DNA of 64,000 nucleotides from an uncultured Candidatus Saccharibacteria bacterium (GTDB lineage Bacteria; Patescibacteriota; Minisyncoccia; Phycocordibacterales; CSBR16-119): NCBI GenBank assembly GCA_964355515.1, contig CAYHDV010000001.1, positions 26,544 to 90,543 of the forward strand. Reading direction: 5' to 3'. Every line of letters starts with the position of its first letter. Within the stretch, counting starts at the first letter, position 1. Below, piece by piece: positions 1 to 7,804 of this stretch. The notes under the pieces were generated by a model. The model had not been told where the DNA came from and did no database searches. It saw only the letters and a program-made list of their open reading frames with translations. The position numbers and the translations under genes are program-made.

Positions 1-243
1 TTTCCGCATTTTCTCTGGGCGTTCGTTTACAATTCCTGTTATTGCCACCACCCACTCAGGACGAAGAATCTTCGCAACTTCAAGTACATCTGGCTTGCCA
101 AACACTACCCCCTGCACAAACCCAGTCATATCACGAAAATCAAAGAAAGCCATCTTTCCTTGGTCTCGAGCAACGTGTACCCATCCTTTGATTGTTACTT
201 CTTGTCCTTTCTTGAATGAAAGGTCTTTTATATATGTTCTCAT
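1..243 (-). CDS. Class IIb aminoacyl-tRNA synthetase (Asp/Asn-tRNA ligase), N-terminal OB-fold anticodon-binding fragment; the gene continues beyond the window edge
   Basis: Minus-strand translation from ATG at 243 gives MRTYIKDLSFKKGQEVTIKGWVHVARDQGKMAFFDFRDMTGFVQGVVF, a typical AspRS/AsnRS N-terminus. It is not in the ORF track because it is truncated. Confidence 0.7.
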   Translation of the reverse strand, partial: MRTYIKDLSFKKGQEVTIKGWVHVARDQGKMAFFDFRDMTGFVQGVVFGKPDVLEVAKILRPEWVVAITGIVNERPEKMRK

Positions 244-246
244 AAA

Positions 247-753
247 TTATTGTTTAAAAATATCAAGTAATGTTGTCTTATCTCTCCATTCGGGATGTAA
301 TTGCTGACAGAGGGATAGTAATGCATTTGCAAAAGACAGTAAGTAATTTATCTCAAATGTTGTATATCCATCATCCTTTTCATAAATATATCTCCAGTCT
401 ACAAACATATTTTTTACTTCTTCCAGTTCAACAAAGAAATCTTTCGGGGGAATTTCATCTGTATTACGTAGAGAGAAATATTTGTCCTCCAGTAATCTAA
501 GCTCTCCTTCTGGAAGCTCCTTAGTTAAGTTAATAAAATCGTGCCCTCTGCCTTGAATATTTAAAGAAGCAAGTAAGGATTTTAACAAAAGCTCTATTGA
601 AAAACTCAGACATAGGAAATATGGTAGTGGTTCATAATTTTCAATAGAATATCTTGGTCTTAGCACTTTATTTATAGACATGGCACCCGCAGCATAAGCG
701 ACGGCTTGCTTAAAAATAACAGGTGCTTTTTGTTTTAATGTTTTTTTAGACAT
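247..753 (-). CDS. Hypothetical alpha-helical protein (possible HEPN-like fold, weak); stop lies 4 nt from the downstream aaRS start
   Basis: 168-aa ORF with no signal peptide. It has a charged helical pattern and an RGH motif, and no confident family match. Confidence 0.4.
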   Translation of the reverse strand: MSKKTLKQKAPVIFKQAVAYAAGAMSINKVLRPRYSIENYEPLPYFLCLSFSIELLLKSLLASLNIQGRGHDFINLTKELPEGELRLLEDKYFSLRNTDEIPPKDFFVELEEVKNMFVDWRYIYEKDDGYTTFEINYLLSFANALLSLCQQLHPEWRDKTTLLDIFKQ

Positions 754-1042
754 CTATCATAATTCAAATAAAAAAGTCCCCACAAATTAGCTAATAATTT
801 GTGGGGACGAAAGAGATTCCGCGGTGCCACCCCAATTCTCGAAAATGTGTCATCCTGAACTCGTTTCAGGATCTGTACTTTATCAAGCGCTTTTTATTTT
901 TTTATAGCACCTCCACCATTGTCATCTGGCTTCATTGGTCTCCTGATTGTACAAAATTTTACTCATCTATTCACTATTGACAATATGAATCAAATATGCT
1001 TATATATACTACAAAATAAACAACATAATAAACCGCCAAAAA

Positions 1043-1294
1043 ATGAAATTCTTATATGATCATCCAAACTCTGAAATACAAGCAATCGTCACTGGAACAG
1101 AGGTATCTCTTACCAATATTAACGATGCTTTCAGACAATTCAGCGGAGACTTTGGTAATAAAGTTTCTAGAAACAAGACTTCTGTAAGATCACACAAAGA
1201 TGAACGGTATGGCACTCCTATAATGGTGATTGCTACAAAAATTCCTCGGAAATCAAAAGTTCCAGGCACATACCTCCGGAAGAAAATTATTTAA
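1043..1294 (+). CDS. Small hypothetical protein
   Basis: 83-aa ORF with a TTGACA/TATATA-like promoter at about 977-1010 and an intrinsic terminator directly downstream. Confidence 0.35.
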   Translation: MKFLYDHPNSEIQAIVTGTEVSLTNINDAFRQFSGDFGNKVSRNKTSVRSHKDERYGTPIMVIATKIPRKSKVPGTYLRKKII

Positions 1295-1315
1295 ACTATT
1301 TTTTCTTTGTTGAGG

Positions 1316-1345
1316 AAAAGCCCCACAATCGTGGGGCTTTTTTAT
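1316..1345. terminator. Bidirectional rho-independent terminator between convergent genes
   Basis: aaaagccccacaatcgtggggcttttttatt, a perfect hairpin flanked by A-run and T-run. Confidence 0.8.
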
Positions 1346-1743
1346 TACCCAATTAGTTTTGTAAAATAATACCCCGCTCCAGCTACAACCGCTCCAAGAA
1401 AAGTTCCCCAAACAATATCAATAATCACAATCTGCCATGGCCATCCTTCTATTACTGCATAGTTTGTTAGCTCGTATGTCATGTACGCAAAGAATCCAAA
1501 CAACGCCCCGTACAGAATAGCATAAGACAGAGACCCTTTTTCAAGTGCTGGCGCAATCGCAAATATCACAAGTCCTGCAATAAACAAAAGATAGAAAAGT
1601 ACTGCGGCTCCCCACTTCGTATGTTCAGCCATGATATAACCCAGGTACTTTTGATAGATAGGCTTAGCAATTACCCCAAGCCAAAGCATGTCTATAAGAA
1701 AAAATATTGGTGTTGCTACTAGATATGGAACTAAGAATTTCAT
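1345..1743 (-). CDS. Small integral membrane protein, DUF2177-like
   Basis: 132 aa with four predicted TM helices. The DMLWLGVIAKPIYQKYLG...LFYLLFIAGLVIFAIAPAL pattern matches DUF2177 architecture. Confidence 0.55.
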   Translation of the reverse strand: MKFLVPYLVATPIFFLIDMLWLGVIAKPIYQKYLGYIMAEHTKWGAAVLFYLLFIAGLVIFAIAPALEKGSLSYAILYGALFGFFAYMTYELTNYAVIEGWPWQIVIIDIVWGTFLGAVVAGAGYYFTKLIG

Positions 1744-1796
1744 ATATCATAATTATACACCATCTAGAAAATTAAAAAGCCCCACAAGTGAGGCTT

Positions 1797-2135
1797 TCAT
1801 TTAAAAAGGATCCATATCGGAGTTCCAAATATCCATCGACAAATGAATTCAAAAGTAAACCAAATGAATCCAAGTATTTTCTTTGCACCTTCAGCCAGAG
1901 AACTAAACCATTTTCTAGTTGATCTAGCCCTCTCATAATTCCCATGCTCCCAAGGTACCATAAACTTTCTTAGCTCTATCCAATTTGGATTTTTCCTTGC
2001 CCGACATTGGGCTTTGGATTTTTCCCCTCGAGCTTTCATCTCCCTTGCCTCTTTTTCTGTCATGTCAGAAAGTGGCCGAAGCTTGAAATCGCCACCATTC
2101 CTTAGAATATCACCGATATCTCTTCTCTTTTTCAT
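1797..2135 (-). CDS. Hypothetical protein (basic N-terminus, hydrophobic C-terminus)
   Basis: 112-aa ORF followed by a hairpin terminator at 1775-1797. Confidence 0.35.
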   Translation of the reverse strand: MKKRRDIGDILRNGGDFKLRPLSDMTEKEAREMKARGEKSKAQCRARKNPNWIELRKFMVPWEHGNYERARSTRKWFSSLAEGAKKILGFIWFTFEFICRWIFGTPIWILFK

Positions 2136-2222
2136 AATTAGAAGTTCTTTTTAAAAAGTCTATGCCAAAAAACCTAAAATTGCAACAGAAAATCCCAGTG
2201 CCAAAAGGCACCGGGATTTAAT

Positions 2223-3977
2223 TTAAGCTACATCAAGATACTGGTGAGAACACAACTCCTTGTAAGATTCAGACTTTTGAAGCAGTTCAACATGATTACC
2301 CGTTGCCACAAGTCTTCCCTTTTCAAAGAAGAAGATAATGTCGGCATTGATAACTGTTGAGAGTCTATGAGCAATCATGACCGAAGTTCGGCCCTCTGCC
2401 GCTCTATCAATTGCGTTCTGAATTTCTCTCTCGTTGATAGCATCCAGATTACTCGTTGCCTCATCGAAGATAAGAATTTTCGGATCTCTGAGTATTGCTC
2501 GAGCGATTGCCAAACGCTGACGCTCTCCACCTGAAAGCTTCACACCCTGCTCACCAATACGGCTATCAAGTCCGTCTTTGGTTTCGAGTATTTTTTCTTT
2601 CATGTTTGCAATATCAAGTGCAGATATCAAATCTTCATCAGAAAGATTTCTCCGAAGTCCATAGGTGAGATTGTGCCTCACTGTGGTGTCAAAAAGCCTT
2701 GTCTCTTGGCTCACGTAGCCAATTCTGCTCTGGTAATCTGACAAATCCAAATCTTTGAGTCTATACCCATCGATAAGTATTGCACCTTCTGCAGGATCAA
2801 AGTTTCGCAGAAGAAGACTCACGAGAGTTGTTTTCCCCGAACCAGATACCCCTGCCAAGGCAATTTTCTTTCCAGCGGGAATGGTAAAGGAAACATCATT
2901 GAGCTCGAAAGTGTCTTTCCCTTCGTTTTGGTAACGATACGAAACATGGTCGTAGACAATCATCCCCTGTTTTGGCACTCCAGTAAATGGATGTTCTGCA
3001 TGCTCAAGAATACTTTTCTCTTTGAGATGAGATCGGAAATCCCTAAAGCCTGGAAACTCTCGCATTATGTTTCTTTGGAACCATTGGACTCTAGCAATAT
3101 TTGAAATTGCCATGCCACCCCAAGAAACAACCATGATAAATTGTCCGACCGTTATCGATCCAACATAGGTTTGCCATGAAGCAACCAATAGAAGTAACCC
3201 AATAGTAATCGGATTCAGTAGACCAATCAGGCTGAGTCTTCTATCAAACTTTGTTATAAGCTCTTTCCCAAAAGATTCAGCACCTTTGATTGATTCCATA
3301 ACTTCTCCAAGAGCAATATCTTCTGCACCCATTGTCTTTGTGAGGTCTACATTTCGTAGGTGTTCCCCAATTACCTTGCTCTTGTCTTTTGACTTCTCTT
3401 CCCAGCTATAAAACTGACTAAGAAGTCGCGAAGTAACCCGTATCTGAAAAAAGATATTCAATGATAGAGAGCCAAGTAAGATAAACCCATAAACTGGACC
3501 GACAAAAAATAGCATCAAGAGGAGCATGACCAACATAAACACAAAAGGTATAACCTGAAATATCATTATGGTCATCAGAGTTTGCCCTGAGGATACCCCC
3601 TTATTAAGCACTGTCGCCTTGTTGTGAGAATTTGTAGAAGAATGCTCCCCTGCTGAAAAACTAAAGAAGTGCAGTAGCCCCTCCTTATACGAATCAGGAC
3701 GGAAATCAAAATAGAAATTTTTGATTTCGTACCGAGACTTCATGTAGATCAGAAATTTTTCAAAGAAAAGCACTAACAGGTACGTCCCAATAAGCGAAAC
3801 AACAGGTATAAATGATTTCAGTTCGCCAGGGTTTGTTATCCCATCAATGATTCTCCCAGAAAAATATGGCATAAGAATACCAAGTCCCTCTGTCACAAGA
3901 ATCAAGAAAACAATGAATGCAAGTATTTTGTGGTATTTTTTGTTTAGACCACCCAAGAAAATTAAGAAATCTTTCAT
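2223..3977 (-). CDS. ABC transporter, fused permease/ATPase (type I exporter, MsbA-like)
   Basis: N-terminal TM domain, Walker A GVSGSGKTT, ABC signature LSGGERQRLAIARA, and Walker B ILIFDEATSNLD. Confidence 0.9.
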   Translation of the reverse strand: MKDFLIFLGGLNKKYHKILAFIVFLILVTEGLGILMPYFSGRIIDGITNPGELKSFIPVVSLIGTYLLVLFFEKFLIYMKSRYEIKNFYFDFRPDSYKEGLLHFFSFSAGEHSSTNSHNKATVLNKGVSSGQTLMTIMIFQVIPFVFMLVMLLLMLFFVGPVYGFILLGSLSLNIFFQIRVTSRLLSQFYSWEEKSKDKSKVIGEHLRNVDLTKTMGAEDIALGEVMESIKGAESFGKELITKFDRRLSLIGLLNPITIGLLLLVASWQTYVGSITVGQFIMVVSWGGMAISNIARVQWFQRNIMREFPGFRDFRSHLKEKSILEHAEHPFTGVPKQGMIVYDHVSYRYQNEGKDTFELNDVSFTIPAGKKIALAGVSGSGKTTLVSLLLRNFDPAEGAILIDGYRLKDLDLSDYQSRIGYVSQETRLFDTTVRHNLTYGLRRNLSDEDLISALDIANMKEKILETKDGLDSRIGEQGVKLSGGERQRLAIARAILRDPKILIFDEATSNLDAINEREIQNAIDRAAEGRTSVMIAHRLSTVINADIIFFFEKGRLVATGNHVELLQKSESYKELCSHQYLDVA

Positions 3978-4055
3978 GTATTTTGATGTATGTAAGGTTC
4001 GTTTATAATAATAATACCATTTTAAATAGAATAAGTCAATATACCTAAGGTAAGA

Positions 4056-5018
4056 CTACAGCCCTACTTTTTCTTTCACCTCCTTCATTTTTGCTCCAGC
4101 TACTAGGAGGGCTTGTTCTCTTCCCTTTTTTAGTATCTCTTCCACCAGAGCTGGATTTTGTTCGTAGTAGGCTCGCCTCTCTCGCATAGGCTCGACCATC
4201 TCGAGAATCGCCTCAAAGAGCATATTCTTCGCTTCTCCATATCCAAGACCACCCTTCTCAAGAAGCTCTTTCATTTCTCCTGCCCTATCTCCAACAACAA
4301 TCTTATATAGTTGGTAGACAATAACTTCTTCTGCGTTCTTTTTTTCTTCTGGGGCTTTGCTATCTGTGATAATGCTCATCACCGCCTTTTTTATTTCTTC
4401 ATCAGTCCCAAAGAGTGGGATAGTATTCCCATACGACTTGGACATCTTTCGTCCATCTGTCCCTGGCACGGTCTCCACATCTTCAAGAATCATTTCTTTT
4501 GGAAGAGAAAATGTCTCTCCATAGGTATTATTGAATTTCTGCGCGATGTCTCGAGCATATTCGATGTGTTGGCGTTGGTCTTTGCCTACTGGGACAATTT
4601 CTGGACTGTAGAGCAAAATATCTGATGCCATAAGTACAGGATAATTGAAGAGCCCCATACTTGGCTCGTCACCTTTTGCCACAGCATCCTTGTAAGCATG
4701 CGCTCTCATCATAAAAGGCACTGTCACGAGAGTATCAAAAATCCATGTAAGCTCTGTGTGGGCAGATATTTCTGATTGACGGAAGAGAACAACTTTTTCT
4801 GGATCAAGACCAATTCCAAGATAATCAAGAACTAAATCTCTCGACAGTGATTTCATTTGAGCACCGTCTTGGATAAAATTGAGAGCATGCAAATCTGCAA
4901 CAAAAATAAATGCGTCATACTCGTTTTGTAAATCAAGAAACTGACGCATCGCACCAAAATAATTTCCAATATGTGGGCGTCCTGTAGGCTTCACCCCTGA
5001 AAGTAATCGTTTTTTCAT
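4056..5018 (-). CDS. trpS: Tryptophan--tRNA ligase
   Basis: 320 aa with a HIGH-type motif (PHIGNYFG) and KMSKS (GRKMSKSYGN). Size and layout fit TrpRS. Confidence 0.85.
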   Translation of the reverse strand: MKKRLLSGVKPTGRPHIGNYFGAMRQFLDLQNEYDAFIFVADLHALNFIQDGAQMKSLSRDLVLDYLGIGLDPEKVVLFRQSEISAHTELTWIFDTLVTVPFMMRAHAYKDAVAKGDEPSMGLFNYPVLMASDILLYSPEIVPVGKDQRQHIEYARDIAQKFNNTYGETFSLPKEMILEDVETVPGTDGRKMSKSYGNTIPLFGTDEEIKKAVMSIITDSKAPEEKKNAEEVIVYQLYKIVVGDRAGEMKELLEKGGLGYGEAKNMLFEAILEMVEPMRERRAYYEQNPALVEEILKKGREQALLVAGAKMKEVKEKVGL

Positions 5019-5029
5019 AATCAGATTAT

Positions 5030-5062
5030 ATCAGAAAAAAGAAAAAGCCCCATCTAAAGATG
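5030..5062 (-). terminator. Intrinsic terminator-like hairpin about 30 nt upstream of the trpS start codon on the trpS-sense strand (leader/attenuator candidate)
   Basis: Minus strand reads GGAAGCCCCATCTTTAGATGGGGCTTTTTCTTTTTT, then 20 nt, then ATG of trpS. Confidence 0.5.
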
Positions 5063-5257
5063 GGGCTTCCTTGGGCCCTCTCAACCCAAAAATCTGCTGC
5101 CATTTCAGCTTGGTGCCTTTAGAGGTTCTCTTTTTGTTTCTTCATATCTTGAAGCTTTCGGAGGTTTAATGAACAAACCCTAAAATATATCTATCCACAG
5201 GTTTGTACCCAAAAATAGTTTCTTACTCGAAGTTACTTATGTGTTAGAATTGCATCA

Positions 5258-6643
5258 ATGTCAGAAAAAAACCGAAAAGGGCGTATCCCCCCACATAGCT
5301 TAGAATCAGAGCAAGCAGTACTTGGAGCTATTATGCTTCGGGCAGATGCTATTCATGAGATTATTGACGTGCTTGTCTCTCAAGCTTTTTATAGTGAAAA
5401 ACACCGAATGATCTACAAGGCGATGCTGGACTTGGCAACAAAGTCAGAGCCAATTGATCTTGTTTCTATTTCTGCAAAACTTGAAGAAAAAAAGGAATTA
5501 GAGGCTGTTGGAGGAAGGGGCTACCTTATCGACCTCACAAACACCGTGCCCGCAGCTACAAATGTAAAGCATTATGGAAATATTGTTGAGAAAAAGTTCC
5601 TCCTCCGATCCCTTATCAATGCCGCGGATACTATTGTTGAGCTTGGGTTTAACGATGATGCCACAGAGGTTGGAGATATTCTTGATATGGCCGAGAAACA
5701 AATTTTCTCTATTACAGGAAATCCAAAGGGGGCAAAATTTATTTCCATAAAAGAATCTCTGAAAGAAGCTTGGGAGCAATTAGAAAAACTTCAAGAAACA
5801 AAAGATGGAATCCGTGGAGTACCTACTGGCTACCCTGCATTGGACAACATGCTCTCTGGCCTTCAGAAATCAGATCTAATTATTCTTGCGGCAAGACCAT
5901 CTATGGGAAAGACCACTCTAGCACTCGACATGGCTCGCCATGCTGCCACAAAACACAATATACCAGTAGCTATTTTCTCGCTCGAAATGAGTGCAAACCA
6001 GCTCACACAGAGAATGCTTGCAGCAGAATCGCAAGTAAATGCTTGGAACCTTCGAACAGGAAAAATTAAAAAAGAGCAAGACTTTGAGCAAATAAGAGAT
6101 GCTCTGGATATTCTTTCTCGAGCTCCAATATACATAGACGATATGGCAGGAAACTCTATCACAAAGATGAAAGCTGTTTGTCGAAGATTAAAATCAGAAC
6201 ATGGGCTTGGGCTTATAGTTGTTGACTACCTACAGCTGATGTCCGCAGGAAAAAATTATGATTCCATGGTAAACCAAGTAACTGAAATTTCTCGATCTCT
6301 AAAGGCTCTTGCTCGAGAGATAGATGCTCCAGTACTTGCTCTGTCACAGCTATCCCGAGCGGTGGAATCTCGTGGAGGAAAGCCTAGACTATCTGACCTT
6401 CGAGACTCTGGATCTATCGAGCAAGACGCCGATGTGGTGATGTTTATTCACAGAGAAGACCGAATGGGATCTCGTTCTGATGATGAAAATACAGGTATGG
6501 CAGAAATCCTAATAGAAAAACACCGAAATGGACCCGTTGGAAAAGTGGATCTCTTCTTCGATGAGAAAACAAGTACATTTCTTTCTCTCGAAAAGAGTGA
6601 CATGGCGGCCTTTGTATCTGGTGGCTCACTTGATGATTTTTAA
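5258..6643 (+). CDS. dnaB: Replicative DNA helicase DnaB
   Basis: 461 aa. N-terminus LESEQAVLGAIML, Walker A AARPSMGKTT, and RecA-like C-terminal domain. Confidence 0.9.
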   Translation: MSEKNRKGRIPPHSLESEQAVLGAIMLRADAIHEIIDVLVSQAFYSEKHRMIYKAMLDLATKSEPIDLVSISAKLEEKKELEAVGGRGYLIDLTNTVPAATNVKHYGNIVEKKFLLRSLINAADTIVELGFNDDATEVGDILDMAEKQIFSITGNPKGAKFISIKESLKEAWEQLEKLQETKDGIRGVPTGYPALDNMLSGLQKSDLIILAARPSMGKTTLALDMARHAATKHNIPVAIFSLEMSANQLTQRMLAAESQVNAWNLRTGKIKKEQDFEQIRDALDILSRAPIYIDDMAGNSITKMKAVCRRLKSEHGLGLIVVDYLQLMSAGKNYDSMVNQVTEISRSLKALAREIDAPVLALSQLSRAVESRGGKPRLSDLRDSGSIEQDADVVMFIHREDRMGSRSDDENTGMAEILIEKHRNGPVGKVDLFFDEKTSTFLSLEKSDMAAFVSGGSLDDF

Positions 6644-6646
6644 AAT

Positions 6647-7117
6647 ATGAAAAACTTTGAACAAAAAGAACATCTGGGAATTAGCACACACCAGATCACA
6701 TCAAAAGAATTAGAAGATATCATTTATAAAGGGGAAAGAATACCCCAAGACAATCGATTCTCACCACCGGAAAAAGGTGGCGTCTTCCACTACTTTGATC
6801 CAAGAGATCTTTTTGAATTTCCAGAGTCCAAGTCATATGTGGTAATCAAAGAAGGTCCAGTAATTGTGGGACTTGCAGGATTAGAAAAAGACCCCAGTAA
6901 AAAAACTAATACTTGGATCAAATTTATATCTGTCGACCCCGCATACCAAAATAAGGGCTATGGTACAATGCTTATTTCAAAAATATGTGAGGTGGCGAAG
7001 CAAGAAAAACACTCTCTTCAAACTTCTTTTTACAGTGATGAAGGAGAAGAGCGTCTCAAGAAAAATTTACACAACATCGCAAAAGATAAAGAAATCCCTC
7101 TTATTGACAACAATTAA
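6647..7117 (+). CDS. GNAT family N-acetyltransferase
   Basis: 156 aa with acetyl-CoA binding motif VDPAYQNKGYGTML. Confidence 0.7.
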   Translation: MKNFEQKEHLGISTHQITSKELEDIIYKGERIPQDNRFSPPEKGGVFHYFDPRDLFEFPESKSYVVIKEGPVIVGLAGLEKDPSKKTNTWIKFISVDPAYQNKGYGTMLISKICEVAKQEKHSLQTSFYSDEGEERLKKNLHNIAKDKEIPLIDNN

Positions 7118-7126
7118 AAACGGACC

Positions 7127-7753
7127 ATGAACAGTATAGATGACTTAGCACAAATGTTTAGAAAATTCCCCGGGATAGGAGAGCGCCAAGCAAAGCGTTT
7201 TGTGTATTTCCTATTAAAGGCTCGTCCTGAATATGTAAATACTCTTGTCCAAGAAATTCAAAAAGTTAGAGCTCATACGAAAGTTTGTCAGGAGAGTTAT
7301 CAGTTTTTTGTGGCAGATGACCCGACTATCACCACTTCTTTTATTGCTAGAGATCACACTCGAGACAAGACAAAGCTATTGATTGTAGAAAAAGACACTG
7401 ACTTACAAAATATTGAAAAGATGGGAGTTTACAATGGAAATTATTTTGTGCTTGGAGGCTCACTTCCCTACTTGGCAGAAAATCCTGAACAACTGATTCG
7501 AATAAATGAACTCAAGGCCATCATAGAGATGAAAATAAAAAGAGATGGCCTAGAAGAAATAATTCTCGCACTTTCTGCAACTCCTCAAGGTGAGCATACA
7601 GAAGAATATGTTAGAAATGGATTAGAAGTGATTTTGGGAAAACACCAACTAAAAATTTCACACCTTGGTCGTGGGCTTTCTACAGGACTTGAAATTGAAT
7701 ATTCAGACAAAGATACTTTCGAGCAAGCTTTCAAACATAGGTCTGGAATTTAA
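7127..7753 (+). CDS. recR: Recombination protein RecR
   Basis: 208 aa. N-terminal HhH (FPGIGERQAKRF), Toprim domain (LIVEKDTDLQNIEKMG...VLGG), degenerate zinc finger. Confidence 0.8.
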   Translation: MNSIDDLAQMFRKFPGIGERQAKRFVYFLLKARPEYVNTLVQEIQKVRAHTKVCQESYQFFVADDPTITTSFIARDHTRDKTKLLIVEKDTDLQNIEKMGVYNGNYFVLGGSLPYLAENPEQLIRINELKAIIEMKIKRDGLEEIILALSATPQGEHTEEYVRNGLEVILGKHQLKISHLGRGLSTGLEIEYSDKDTFEQAFKHRSGI

Positions 7754-7767
7754 TTTTTATATTAAAA

Positions 7768-7797
7768 AGAGCGGGGCCGAAGGCCCCGCTCTTATAA
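7768..7797. terminator. Bidirectional terminator
   Basis: gagcggggccgaaggccccgctc hairpin between convergent recR and the large minus-strand gene. Confidence 0.75.
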
Positions 7798-7804
7798 AGG
7801 TTCA

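Noticed and set aside
5019-5257. T-box riboswitch upstream of trpS
   Set aside because: A leader terminator is present, but the conserved T-box sequence and F-box could not be found by eye. Only a generic attenuator is reported.
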